Assembly: GCA_937889595.1 (NCBI GenBank)
Contig: CALAOR010000089.1
Location: forward strand, 28,548 to 92,547
Reading direction: 5' to 3'
Length of the DNA: 64,000 nt
Origin: an uncultured bacterium
GTDB taxonomy: Bacteria > Oederibacteriota > PGYV01 > Palsa-1178
Under the pieces are notes generated by a model. It was not told the origin of the DNA. It did not search any database and saw only the letters and a list, made by a program, of their open reading frames with translations. The position numbers were made by a program, and so were the translations under genes. How positions within the stretch are numbered: the stretch's first letter is position 1; every line of letters starts with the position of its first letter. Of this stretch, positions 40,694 through 50,424 are shown piece after piece.

Positions 40694-41872
40694 ATGCTCA
40701 GATATATGACAGCGGGGGAATCACACGGAAAAGGCCTGATCATCATAATTGACGGAGTGCCTTCGGGCCTGAAATTTGACGTATCATGCATAAACCCGGT
40801 TTTAGCGGAGCGGCAGAAAGGATACGGCAGGGGCGGCAGGCAGAAAATAGAAACTGACAGCGCGGATATCATATCCGGCGTCCGTTTCGGCAGGACCACA
40901 GGCGCGCCAGTGTCGGTTATGATAAAGAACAGGGACTTTGAGAACTGGAAAAAAATACTGTCGGTATCGGAAATTTCAGGCGCTGTGGGCGAGTTTAATG
41001 TTCCAAGGCCGGGTCACGCGGATCTGTCAGGCGGTGTAAAATATGCGCATCATGATTTTAGGAATGTCCTGGAGCGCGCGAGCGCCAGGGAAACCGCGGC
41101 CAGGGTTGTTTCCGGCGCGTGCGCCAAGGTTTTACTCAAGGAGATCGGCATAGATGTTTTTGGTTATGTCATAAACATTGCCGGGGTTTTAACCGATGAC
41201 GACACCCGCATGGGAATAGACGCCGTAAAGAAAAGGATATCCGAGCTTGATAAAAAATACGGGGCTAACCTGAGGTTCCCTGGAGAAAACGAAATACCGG
41301 TAATAATCCGCAAGATCAGGGCCGCGGTTGAGGAAGGCGAGACTTTAGGTGGCGTGGTAAAAGTCATAACTTCACCGCTTCCCATGGGCCTCGGGGATTA
41401 CACGCAGTGGGACAAAAAACTCGACGCCATGATCGCAAGGTCGCTCATGAGTATACAGGCTATCAAAGGCGTGGAATTCGGGCTCGGGTTTGCCTGCGCC
41501 GGCACTCCCGGCTCCAAGTTCCACGACAGCATACAATACAGCGCCCAAAAGGGATTTTACCGCGCGTCAAATAACGCCGGAGGCATGGAAGGCGGCATGA
41601 GCGACGGCGAACCGCTCATAGTCAAGGCGGCCATGAAGCCCATATCGACCGTAAGGAAGGGAATTGATTCGGTAAATGCCAGGTCAAAAAAGCGGGTAAA
41701 GACTGTTTATGAGCGGTCAGACATATGCGCAGTGCCCGCGGCGGCAATTGTGGCCGAGGCTGCGGTGGCTTTTGAGCTGGCAAACGCGGCTTTAACCAAG
41801 TTCGGCGGGGATACGGTCGCTGAGTTTAAATTGAATCACAATAACTACATAAAGTACGTCAAAAATTTCTAA
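40694..41872 (+). CDS. aroC: Chorismate synthase
   Basis: It starts MLRYMTAGESHGKGL, and the GRSSARETA-like ERASARETAARV block is present. Confidence 0.9.
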   Translation: MLRYMTAGESHGKGLIIIIDGVPSGLKFDVSCINPVLAERQKGYGRGGRQKIETDSADIISGVRFGRTTGAPVSVMIKNRDFENWKKILSVSEISGAVGEFNVPRPGHADLSGGVKYAHHDFRNVLERASARETAARVVSGACAKVLLKEIGIDVFGYVINIAGVLTDDDTRMGIDAVKKRISELDKKYGANLRFPGENEIPVIIRKIRAAVEEGETLGGVVKVITSPLPMGLGDYTQWDKKLDAMIARSLMSIQAIKGVEFGLGFACAGTPGSKFHDSIQYSAQKGFYRASNNAGGMEGGMSDGEPLIVKAAMKPISTVRKGIDSVNARSKKRVKTVYERSDICAVPAAAIVAEAAVAFELANAALTKFGGDTVAEFKLNHNNYIKYVKNF

Positions 41873-41875
41873 GCG

Positions 41876-42412
41876 ATGAAAAATATCATACTGATAGGAT
41901 TCATGGGCAGCGGCAAGACTTCCGTGGGAAAAGAAATATCTTCCATAACTGGAATGAAGCTGGAAGATACTGACTTAAGGATTGTTAATGACTCGAAAAT
42001 GGAAATAAAGGACATATTCAGCGGATATGGGGAAGATCACTTCAGGAAACTTGAGACAAAAGCCGCAAAAAAGGTTTTATCCCTTACTAACAGGGTTATT
42101 TCGACAGGCGGCGGCATCGTCACCGTGCCGGGTAACCTTGAAATATTAAAAAGGGGCGGTACTGTAGTTTACTTAAAAAACAGTTTTGCGGTTTCGTCAA
42201 AGAGGCTTGCGGGCAGGAAAGACAGGCCGTTGTTTGACCGGGGCAACCTCAAGAAAACAGAACTGCTTTTTAGGAAAAGGCTTAAGCTGTATGAAAATGC
42301 AGCGGATATAACGGTTGTCACAGACACAAAAACCGTTCTACAGGCGGCAAAAGAGGTAATAAAGAAAGCAGGTATCAAACTTGAAAAAAATAAGGTTAAA
42401 ACTGAAAAATAA
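41876..42412 (+). CDS. aroK: Shikimate kinase
   Basis: The P-loop motif GFMGSGKTSVGK is present; length is 178 aa. Confidence 0.8.
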   Translation: MKNIILIGFMGSGKTSVGKEISSITGMKLEDTDLRIVNDSKMEIKDIFSGYGEDHFRKLETKAAKKVLSLTNRVISTGGGIVTVPGNLEILKRGGTVVYLKNSFAVSSKRLAGRKDRPLFDRGNLKKTELLFRKRLKLYENAADITVVTDTKTVLQAAKEVIKKAGIKLEKNKVKTEK

Positions 42413-43490
42413 CCCGTACACTATATATATAGGCTCCGGGATCATGAAAAAAGCCGGCATCCTGCTTAAAACGGAAATAACCGGGCACAAGGCCATGATT
42501 GTCAGCAATAAAAAGGTATATTCCCTGCATGGGCAAAAACTTTATAAAAGCCTGTCAAAGTATTTTGATACATCCGTATTTCTCATGCCTGACGGCGAAA
42601 AATACAAGACCATAGACACGGTAAAGGATATATACGACGCCGCGGCAAAAAACATGCTCGACCGTAAAAGCGCGATTGTGGCCTTAGGCGGCGGGGTAAC
42701 AGGGGACACTGCCGGATTTGCGGCAGCCACTTACATGCGGGGTATTAAAGTAGTGCAGGTGCCGACCTCACTGCTTGCCATGGCTGATTCTTCAATAGGC
42801 GGAAAAACAGGGGTTGACTTAAAGGCGGGAAAGAACCTTGCAGGCGCTTTTCACCAGCCTTTGTTTGTGCTCATGGACATCGACACTTTGAAAACCCTGC
42901 CTGATGAAGAATTCATAAACGGCATGGCTGAAGTCATCAAACACGGCATAATCATGGACAGGAAATTCCTGGATTATATACAAAATAATTCCGCGAGGAT
43001 ACTCAAAAAAGACAAAAAAGCGCTTTTCCGCATTGTTGAAGGATCGGCGCAATGCAAGGCAAAAATCGTATCGCGGGATGAAAAGGAAGAAACGGGGCTC
43101 AGGGCGATTTTAAATTACGGACATACCATAGGCCATGCTATAGAGGCTGAAAGCGGCTATAAGGGGTTAAAACACGGTGAAGCCGTAGCTTTAGGCATGG
43201 TAGCGGCGGCCAGGATAGCCAAAGCCATGAACTTATGCGGCCAGGACACGTTAAACAGGCAAATTAAAGTGCTTAATTCGTTTAATTTAATCAAACCTTT
43301 AAAGAAATTGAAAACCGGCAATATAATCAAAAGGTTATATAACGACAAGAAAGTAAAAGACGGCAAAATAATATTTATATTGACAAAGAAAATAGGTCAT
43401 GCTAAATTAAATGAAACTGTACCTATTACCATTATTAAAGCGGAGCTAAAGAGAATTTTGTCAGAGGCGGCACAAGGAGGCATTTTTTAA
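42381..43490 (+). CDS. aroB: 3-dehydroquinate synthase
   Basis: Motifs GGGVTGDTAGFAAATYMRGI and HTIGHAIE are present; it overlaps aroK. Confidence 0.85.
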   Translation: MKKIRLKLKNNPYTIYIGSGIMKKAGILLKTEITGHKAMIVSNKKVYSLHGQKLYKSLSKYFDTSVFLMPDGEKYKTIDTVKDIYDAAAKNMLDRKSAIVALGGGVTGDTAGFAAATYMRGIKVVQVPTSLLAMADSSIGGKTGVDLKAGKNLAGAFHQPLFVLMDIDTLKTLPDEEFINGMAEVIKHGIIMDRKFLDYIQNNSARILKKDKKALFRIVEGSAQCKAKIVSRDEKEETGLRAILNYGHTIGHAIEAESGYKGLKHGEAVALGMVAAARIAKAMNLCGQDTLNRQIKVLNSFNLIKPLKKLKTGNIIKRLYNDKKVKDGKIIFILTKKIGHAKLNETVPITIIKAELKRILSEAAQGGIF

Positions 43491-44803
43491 TGGCGTATGA
43501 TGCCATGGCTGAAGTGGAAGAACTTAAGAAAAAGCTTGCGCAGAATCCCGACTCCTTGATTTTTGTGCCGTTAGCCGACGCCTATAGGAAGGCAGGGCAG
43601 CTTCAGGAAGCGATTGACGTGTGCAAAAAAGGGCTTGAAAAGCACCCTGCATACATGTCGGCAAGGGTCGTTCTTGGCAGGATATACGGCGAGAAAAACA
43701 TGCTTGAAGAAGCTGTCGTAGAACTGCAAAAAGTTGAAAAAGCGGACGTTGACAACATTATGGTCCACAGTATGCTGGGCAGTGTTTATCTTAAAAAAAA
43801 AATGTACGCCGACGCGGTGAGCCAGTTCCAGAGGGTGCTCGCGCTTAATCCGGATGATACGGAAACACAGGAAAAACTGGAAGAGGCGCTTGCCGCGAAG
43901 CAGGAACCCGCTGCAGCAAAAGAAACATCGCCTGTAAAACACGCGGAGCCGGCAAAGCCGGTTGAAGTACAAAATGCCTCTGTTGCGGCGCCAGCGGCAA
44001 AAGCCGGGCCGGGAAAAGATGCAGACCCAAAACTTGACGTGCAGAAGAACATGAAAGCCGCGGAATTATACACAAAAAAAGAGGAATTTGACAAGGCCAT
44101 TGAAATATATAAGGAAATACTTGATAGGGACCAGGAAAATATAATAGTATCGCAGCGGCTCAGGGAAATCTACGATTTTCAGGAAAAGAAAGTCATGAAA
44201 GCCAGGGCAAAGTCAGCCGAGCAGCCGGGGAAAATAGATCCTAATAAGTTCAGCACGGAAGATATTCTGGGCCTTATGAAAGACGCTGTGGAAAATGACA
44301 GCGTGGATGACAAGCAGCCGGCGCATGGCGCAAAACCGGCTGAACACGCGAAACCCGCAGAAGCAAAAAAAGAAGATACGGCAAGATCCGCGGCGGCAAA
44401 ACCGGAAGAAAAAGCTGAAACATCCCACGCAAAGATAGGCACGGAGAAAGCAAAGCTGCTTGAAAAAGTCCTTATGGACCTGGGCAATGTCGAAGGAATG
44501 GTGGGGAGTTTTTTCCTGCTGCGCGACGGCAGCATAGTGGCAAGTGTTCTTCCAAAAAGCATAAACGCGTCGGAGATAGGAAAGCTCATCGCGTCAATAG
44601 TTGAGAAAACAGAGGAATCGGTCAGGAACATGAACCAGGGCAAGTTAAACCAGGTTGTGATATCTTCGGAAGCAGGGCAGCTGCTTTTTACCGAAGTGTT
44701 AAGCGGAGTATTGTTCATGATAGGCAATGAGGCGATAAACGTCGGGAAAATGCGCCACATTTTAAAAGACGTGATAGACAATATAAAGCGCGTCCTTGCA
44801 TAA
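43490..44803 (+). CDS. TPR-repeat protein with a C-terminal Roadblock/LC7 (MglB-like) domain
   Basis: There are N-terminal TPR helices, then a low-complexity charged linker. The C-terminal ~110 aa (GMVGSFFLLRDGSIVASVLP...) is Roadblock-like. Confidence 0.6.
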   Translation: MAYDAMAEVEELKKKLAQNPDSLIFVPLADAYRKAGQLQEAIDVCKKGLEKHPAYMSARVVLGRIYGEKNMLEEAVVELQKVEKADVDNIMVHSMLGSVYLKKKMYADAVSQFQRVLALNPDDTETQEKLEEALAAKQEPAAAKETSPVKHAEPAKPVEVQNASVAAPAAKAGPGKDADPKLDVQKNMKAAELYTKKEEFDKAIEIYKEILDRDQENIIVSQRLREIYDFQEKKVMKARAKSAEQPGKIDPNKFSTEDILGLMKDAVENDSVDDKQPAHGAKPAEHAKPAEAKKEDTARSAAAKPEEKAETSHAKIGTEKAKLLEKVLMDLGNVEGMVGSFFLLRDGSIVASVLPKSINASEIGKLIASIVEKTEESVRNMNQGKLNQVVISSEAGQLLFTEVLSGVLFMIGNEAINVGKMRHILKDVIDNIKRVLA

Positions 44804-44825
44804 GGCGCAAAAGGATAACTGATAC

Positions 44826-45182
44826 ATGGATTTTAAAAGTTTACTCCAGAAAATAGTGGACAGCGTGGACGGTGCCATAGGCGCGGCTGTAATAGGCGAA
44901 GACGGCATAGCCATAGACAAATTTTCCGCCAAGCCGGAATTTGACATAACCGCGGCCGGCGCCGAGTATTCGACCATTATTTCAAGCGCGAGAAAAGCAT
45001 CGACCAGCTTCGGCCTCGGCAAAACCAATGAAGTCCTGATATCCACGGAAAAAGCAACTATGATCATGATGGTGGTCGGGTCCAGCTACTTTGTAACGCT
45101 TGCTTTAAGCCTGGACGGGAACTTAGGACGCGGAAGGCTTGAACTCAAAAAAGCCATTCCGGAACTGGAAAAGTTACTTTAA
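44826..45182 (+). CDS. Roadblock/LC7 domain protein (MglB-like)
   Basis: The 118-aa sequence has the pattern VDGAIGAAVIGEDGIAID...ATMIMMVVGSSYFVTLAL. Confidence 0.6.
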   Translation: MDFKSLLQKIVDSVDGAIGAAVIGEDGIAIDKFSAKPEFDITAAGAEYSTIISSARKASTSFGLGKTNEVLISTEKATMIMMVVGSSYFVTLALSLDGNLGRGRLELKKAIPELEKLL

Positions 45183-45974
45183 ATGTTTGGCCGGGCGCTC
45201 ACCCGTACGTTCTGGGTATTCTACGATAATTTCTTCAAGGGCGTGATGCTCAACCTACTTCTTTTCATTGTTTATTTTGTCATATTTTTTTTCATGTGGA
45301 AGGGTAAGCTGTACATCCCGACAATACTTATAATCGGCATACTGTGGCATGTGGTTACGCCCGCTGTCATGCATTTTTGGGTTAAGGTCATACGCACTGA
45401 CGACCGCAAGAACATGTTCGTGGAAATGTGGGAAGGCCTGAAACTTTTCTGGTTAAAAGGCATCGCGTTATTTTTGATCAACATTGCGGCCGCATACCTG
45501 GTATATATCGGCATGGATTTTTACAAAGCGCACGCCTCAAACAAAATATTCCTTGTCCTTGGCGGCATAGGCGTATGGCTCGCCTTTACATTCCTGCTCG
45601 TGCAGGTGTATTTAATCCCCATCATGGTCATGGACGAAAAACACAGGGTGCTCATATCCTACAAAAAGTCCCTGATAATGCTTTTGTCGGCCCCGTTTTC
45701 GTCGATCGGCGTCCTCGCAATTATCGCGTATCTTGAGATAATCATTTATCCCGTTGTCATGCTCATCGGCGGCCCGCAGGCCAATCATATTCTTGTTTAT
45801 TTCACGCTGTTTCCCATATTCCTGCTGCCATTTTTATCTATTATATACATAATTTTAATCCAGCTTAATGCAACAATACTCATATATGAAAAACACAACA
45901 TTATGCCCGACCTCAAGGAAATATGGGAGGAAAAGAAGTGGTCAAATATCTTTAGGCCCTGGGAGGTAAAGTAA
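45183..45974 (+). CDS. Polytopic membrane protein of unknown function
   Basis: About six predicted TM helices. The start is uncertain. Confidence 0.4.
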   Translation: MFGRALTRTFWVFYDNFFKGVMLNLLLFIVYFVIFFFMWKGKLYIPTILIIGILWHVVTPAVMHFWVKVIRTDDRKNMFVEMWEGLKLFWLKGIALFLINIAAAYLVYIGMDFYKAHASNKIFLVLGGIGVWLAFTFLLVQVYLIPIMVMDEKHRVLISYKKSLIMLLSAPFSSIGVLAIIAYLEIIIYPVVMLIGGPQANHILVYFTLFPIFLLPFLSIIYIILIQLNATILIYEKHNIMPDLKEIWEEKKWSNIFRPWEVK

Positions 45975-46276
45975 TGTCCGCCTGGAAGTCCAGGAACGCG
46001 TTTACAGCCAAAGGCCTGGATGTCAAGAAAGTCGTGTATATCATAGTGATAGCCGTAGGGGTGATCGCCCTGTTGAAAAACGGCCTGACTTATTTTAACG
46101 CCAGGTCCCACCGGGACGCCTTAAAAGCCGAGATTGAGGAATTAAAAGTTAAAAACATCGAGGAAGAAAAAAAGATAAAGGACATATATAACGACAGGGA
46201 GTTTGTAGAAAAAAAGGCAAGGGAAGATCTGGGCATGGTGAAAGACGGGGAAACAGTGATAAAGATCAAGAAGTAA
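45974..46276 (+). CDS. Septum formation initiator (FtsB/DivIC-like) protein
   Basis: An N-terminal TM helix is followed by a coiled coil and the C-terminal block REDLGMVKDGETVIKI. Confidence 0.6.
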   Translation: MSAWKSRNAFTAKGLDVKKVVYIIVIAVGVIALLKNGLTYFNARSHRDALKAEIEELKVKNIEEEKKIKDIYNDREFVEKKAREDLGMVKDGETVIKIKK

Positions 46277-46362
46277 AAAGTCAAAATCTTGCAGATAGTA
46301 GATAGTAGAAGGTCAAAAATTAAAAACAGTATTTAAGCTGCAAGTCAGGGAAAGCAGTAACA

Positions 46363-46390
46363 AACCGGCCATGTTGCCGGTTTTTTTGTT
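46363..46390 (+). terminator. Rho-independent terminator
   Basis: The hairpin aaaccggccatgttgccggttt is followed by a T-run. Confidence 0.65.
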
Positions 46391-46621
46391 TTTTATGGAA
46401 AAATAACCAATTACCTGCCGGGGTGGCGCTCGTATCATTAGCGTGTCTAAGGATGTGGCCGTCCGCCTTGGAATCCGTAGAGTGGCTGTTGCAGCCGGCC
46501 GGTTGCACGTATTGCAGCACGTGTATTAATCTAAGTATGAAAGTATTATAAGGTATTATTTTGTACTTGATTAAGGCAAACTCCTCTTGTATACTTATAT
46601 AAAACAACAACGAGGTGGTGC

Positions 46622-46882
46622 ATGCCCGGAAAAAACGTTACTTTTACCATGAAAGTGGACAAAGACGTCAGGGATCTGCTGAAAGATTTCTGCAAGTCCA
46701 GGGGCTTTTTGATGAAATCTTTTATTGAAAAAGCCATAGTTGACGAGATAGAAAAGGAAGAGCTGAAGGAAGACCTGCTCGCAATACAGAATTATGAAAA
46801 GTACGAGAAGGAAACTACGATTCCGCTGGATAAGGTGGCTAAAGAACTGGGCCTATACCGCGGGAAAAAGAAACATGCATAA
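46622..46882 (+). CDS. Type II antitoxin (ribbon-helix-helix / RelB-like)
   Basis: An 86-aa protein whose stop overlaps the start of the RelE/ParE toxin gene. Confidence 0.55.
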   Translation: MPGKNVTFTMKVDKDVRDLLKDFCKSRGFLMKSFIEKAIVDEIEKEELKEDLLAIQNYEKYEKETTIPLDKVAKELGLYRGKKKHA

Positions 46883-47147
46883 GATTGAATTGTCAGCCAC
46901 GGCTTATAAATGGCTTAAAACCCCAAAAGCGCCGGCCGTTGACTTGACAGCCATTAAAGATAAAATCCTGTCCCTGTCCGAAGATCCAAGGCCGGCCGGA
47001 TGCGAGAAGATAAAGGGTATGACAGGAAGCTATTTCAGGGTAAGGCAGGGTAATTACAGGATCGTCTATGAGGTTGATGATAAAACAAACAGGATGGTCA
47101 TAGTCGCCATAGGTCACAGGCGGGAGATTTACAGAAAAAAGAAGTAA
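46875..47147 (+). CDS. RelE/ParE family type II toxin
   Basis: The motif YRIVYEVDDKTNRMVIVAIGHRREIYRK is typical of PF05016. The start was chosen at ATG 46875. Confidence 0.7.
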   Translation: MHKIELSATAYKWLKTPKAPAVDLTAIKDKILSLSEDPRPAGCEKIKGMTGSYFRVRQGNYRIVYEVDDKTNRMVIVAIGHRREIYRKKK

Positions 47148-47152
47148 ATCCT

Positions 47153-47300
47153 GTAGAGAGGCTGCTTGCTGCCTCTCTGACGCGGGGGTTAAACCGTAGA
47201 AGCCGTTATGAACGGTCAACTGCCGCTAAGCCGTAGGGTTTTAAACCGCAGGAACCGTTTCATAAGGCCAACGATGAGCGGCAGCAAGCAGCCGCTCTAC
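47153..47300. repeat. Palindromic REP/MITE-like element, copy 2: reverse orientation of 14299..14370 with a ~78-bp internal insertion
   Basis: The sequence is gtagagaggctgcttgctgcctctctgacgcggg...aacgatgagcggcagcaagcagccgctctac. Confidence 0.75.
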
Positions 47301-47391
47301 GGATTATTTTTTTTAATAAAACGCAGGTTAATATTGTTTTTGTAAATGAACATGATAGACTGTCTTTAACAAAAAATTACAGGAGCCGAAA

Positions 47392-47856
47392 ATGAAACTC
47401 GACACATCAGCTATGAAAAACATCATAAACCTGGAGACCGTCAAGGATGACAAATACAGCCTCTACGAATTCGCGCAGGAGGCCAAACGCTTCGTCCACA
47501 GTCACCGCTGGGTTGAGAGGGTATTTGACGGGTTCCTTGCCAAAGGTTTTGACGGCATCCTGGGCATATTCTACTTCGAAGTCCTGCCAAAATCAAAAAA
47601 ACTGGATTCGGAAATATGGGTGATAACAGGCGACCTTCCCCCCGCGTACTTTCCCACGGATGAATGCCCCACGCCAATTAATGTCCTGGATTCCTACATC
47701 TGCGAAATGCGCATATGGATAAACGCGATAAAACGCGGCGACCCGGTGGACGAACTGATACCGGTAAACGTGCCCGCGGAACCCAAGTACGCGCAGATAC
47801 TGAAGGAACGGCTGGATTTTTTGGAGAAGAACGTGGTGAAAGGAATGAGGGGATAA
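47392..47856 (+). CDS. Hypothetical protein
   Basis: 154-aa ORF with a start context. No recognisable motif. Confidence 0.4.
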   Translation: MKLDTSAMKNIINLETVKDDKYSLYEFAQEAKRFVHSHRWVERVFDGFLAKGFDGILGIFYFEVLPKSKKLDSEIWVITGDLPPAYFPTDECPTPINVLDSYICEMRIWINAIKRGDPVDELIPVNVPAEPKYAQILKERLDFLEKNVVKGMRG

Positions 47857-47952
47857 AGTCAATAAAGTCAAAAAATTGAGAGAGTAGAAAGTAGATAGTT
47901 GATCTTGTTGTGTAGTTCTTCTACTCTCAACTTTCTACTCTCTCCTCTCTCC

Positions 47953-47993
47953 AAAAAAGCAAAAGGCATCCGTAAGGATGCCTTTTGCTTTTT

Positions 47994-47994
<1 letters not shown>
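47953..47994. terminator. Bidirectional hairpin terminator between ORF 47392..47856 and tRNA-fMet
   Basis: The stem aaaagcaaaaggcatcc-gtaa-ggatgccttttgctttt has A-runs and T-runs on both sides. Confidence 0.65.
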
Positions 47995-48068
<74 letters not shown>

Positions 48069-48197
48069 TCCGATCAGAGAGTAGATAGGAGAGAGTAGAT
48101 AGGTGATAAGTCCCATCTGCCATCGCCTGTCTGCTATTGTTTGTCTACTATCTACTTTCTACTCTCTACTATCTCCAGAATTTGCATCAGCAAATTC

Positions 48198-48286
48198 TGG
48201 TGCCGGGAACCGGACTTGAACCGGTACGGAGGGTGAACTCCGGAGGATTTTAAGTCCTCTGCGTCTACCAATTTCGCCATCCCGGC
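48198..48286 (-). tRNA. tRNA-Leu (anticodon UAA), type II with a long variable arm
   Basis: Reverse complement is GCCGGGATGGCGAAATTGGTAGACGCAGAGGACTTAAAATCCTC...GGTTCAAGTCCGGTTCCCGGCACCA. Confidence 0.75.
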
Positions 48287-48445
48287 CCGCACGGTTTTGT
48301 AAAAAGAACAATTTTGCAACGAGGCATATTATATAGAAAAGAAAAGGGTAAGTCAAGACATATAAAAAACGTGGGAAAATAATGAAAAAAGGGAAGTATA
48401 GAGTGGCAATCAAAACGCCTGCCTCCTCATCCTAAATCTTTATCC

Positions 48446-50323
48446 TCAATCGCTACTGTCCCTGCCGTGTTTTTTCAGCATTATCAGCAGCACGTTTATA
48501 TCCGCGGGGGTTATGCCCATGATCCTGGACGCCTGGCCTATGGTGGCGGGCCTTATGATGGAAAGTTTTTGTTTGGCTTCTATTGACAGGCCGTGGTAGC
48601 GGGAATAATCAAAGTTGCCCGGGATCTGTTTTTCTTCCAGGCTTTTGGAGTGTTCTATTTCCTTCATTGACCTTGCTATATAACCGTCGTACTGAACCTC
48701 GGCGTTTAAAAATTCCATGAAGTGGCCGGGAACTGTTTCGTTTATGTCTGTGAAATGTTTTAAATCGAGGTATGATATTTCCGGGCGTTTCAGCAGGGAA
48801 TATAATGACAGTTCGTCCGTGATCGCTGTCGTCCCAATGGAAACAAGTTTGGCGTTTGTTTCTTCGGACGGGTGTATGTGTATACTGTGCAGTCTTTTTA
48901 TCTCGTCCCTGAAGAATTCCTGTTTTTCATGCAGTTCCTTTTTCCTGCTTTCGTCAACCAGGCCCGCTTTTATGCCGTATTCAGTCAGGCGGATGTCCGC
49001 GTTGTCCGAACGCAGTACCAGCCTGTATTCCGCGCGCGATGAGAACAGCCGGTACGGCTCTTTTAAATCGTTGGTTATCAGGTCGTCAATCATTACCCCT
49101 ATGTAGGATTGCGACCTTTTGGGACAGAAAGGTTCTTCGCCCCTGATCTTAAGCGCCGCATTCATACCCGCTATCAGCCCCTGCGCAGCGGCTTCCTCAT
49201 AGCCTGACGTGCCGTTTATCTGGCCGGCAAGGTAAAGGCCCGGCATGCCTTTAATTTCAAGCGCTGAATTAAGCTGTGACGGAGGGACAAAGTCATATTC
49301 TATTCCGTAGCCGGGTTTTAATATTTCAACCTTTTCGAATCCCGGTATTGTGTGCAGATACGCGTACTGAACGTCGAGAGGAAGAGAGGTTGACAGGCCG
49401 TTCAAATACATCTCGTCCGAGAAACGTTCCTGTGGTTCTATGAAAACGTGGTGTTTTTTCTTTTCCGGGAACTTCATTACCTTGTCTTCTATGGACGGGC
49501 AGTAACGGGGGCCCAGCCCGAATATCATCCTGTTTTTCGTGCTGTATAATGGGGAGCGGTCAAGGTTGGCAAGGATGACCTCGTTTGTTCTTTCATTTGT
49601 GTTTGCCAGCCAGCACATTACCTGTTCTGTGACTATTTTACTTGATGTAAAAGAAAAGGGAGTTGGAACTTTGTCGCCGGGCTGTTCGGAAAATCTGGAA
49701 AAGTCCAGTGAGTTTTTATTTACCCTCGGAGTTGTGCCTGTTTTCAACCGACCGAGTTTCAAACCCAGGCCCAGCAGGGAACCAGACAGTTTGTTTGACG
49801 GCGGGTCGCCCAGCCTGCCGCCTTCTTTGGATTCCAGGCCCACAAACATGCGGCCGTTCAGGAATGTTCCTGTGGCAACTATGACCGCTTTTGCCTTATA
49901 CTCCGCGCCGGATTCTGTAATGACCCCGGTTATTTTTATTCCGTCCGATGTAATGGAATCGACCATGGTTTCCACGACATCGAGATTGGATTGATCACCA
50001 ATGACATTCTTCATATAAAGCCTGTATTCTTTCATGTCAGCCTGCGCGCGTAAACCGCGCACTGCCGGGCCTTTTTTGATATTGAGGACTTTAAACTGTA
50101 TGCAGGTCTTATCCGCGGCTTTTGCCATTTCCCCGCCTAAAGCGTCTATTTCGCGCACGAGCTGGCCCTTGGCAAGCCCGCCTATGGCCGGATTGCAGGA
50201 CATCTCGCCGATCTTATCCTTATTAATTGTAAATAGGGCCGTCTTTTCCCCCATTCGCGCGCAGGCAAGAGCGGCTTCTATGCCCGCGTGGCCCGCGCCT
50301 ATTACTATTACCGAATAATCCAT
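48446..50323 (-). CDS. mnmG: tRNA uridine 5-carboxymethylaminomethyl modification enzyme MnmG (GidA)
   Basis: It starts MDYSVIVIGAGHAGIEAALACARMG, the FAD-binding N-terminus; length is 625 aa. Confidence 0.9.
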   Translation of the reverse strand: MDYSVIVIGAGHAGIEAALACARMGEKTALFTINKDKIGEMSCNPAIGGLAKGQLVREIDALGGEMAKAADKTCIQFKVLNIKKGPAVRGLRAQADMKEYRLYMKNVIGDQSNLDVVETMVDSITSDGIKITGVITESGAEYKAKAVIVATGTFLNGRMFVGLESKEGGRLGDPPSNKLSGSLLGLGLKLGRLKTGTTPRVNKNSLDFSRFSEQPGDKVPTPFSFTSSKIVTEQVMCWLANTNERTNEVILANLDRSPLYSTKNRMIFGLGPRYCPSIEDKVMKFPEKKKHHVFIEPQERFSDEMYLNGLSTSLPLDVQYAYLHTIPGFEKVEILKPGYGIEYDFVPPSQLNSALEIKGMPGLYLAGQINGTSGYEEAAAQGLIAGMNAALKIRGEEPFCPKRSQSYIGVMIDDLITNDLKEPYRLFSSRAEYRLVLRSDNADIRLTEYGIKAGLVDESRKKELHEKQEFFRDEIKRLHSIHIHPSEETNAKLVSIGTTAITDELSLYSLLKRPEISYLDLKHFTDINETVPGHFMEFLNAEVQYDGYIARSMKEIEHSKSLEEKQIPGNFDYSRYHGLSIEAKQKLSIIRPATIGQASRIMGITPADINVLLIMLKKHGRDSSD

Positions 50324-50424
50324 TTGCTCTCCTGAAGATTTTAGCGCTTAATTATCGCACTGCTGTGTTATAATTATATAGCACAAAATGAAAATGTAAA
50401 TTAAAAACATTCACGGAGCTAAAA

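Noticed and set aside
48717-50318. Several + strand ORFs (48717..49106, 49539..49994, 49663..49884, 50034..50318) inside mnmG
   Set aside because: They are antisense to a highly conserved, full-length MnmG reading frame and have no independent support.
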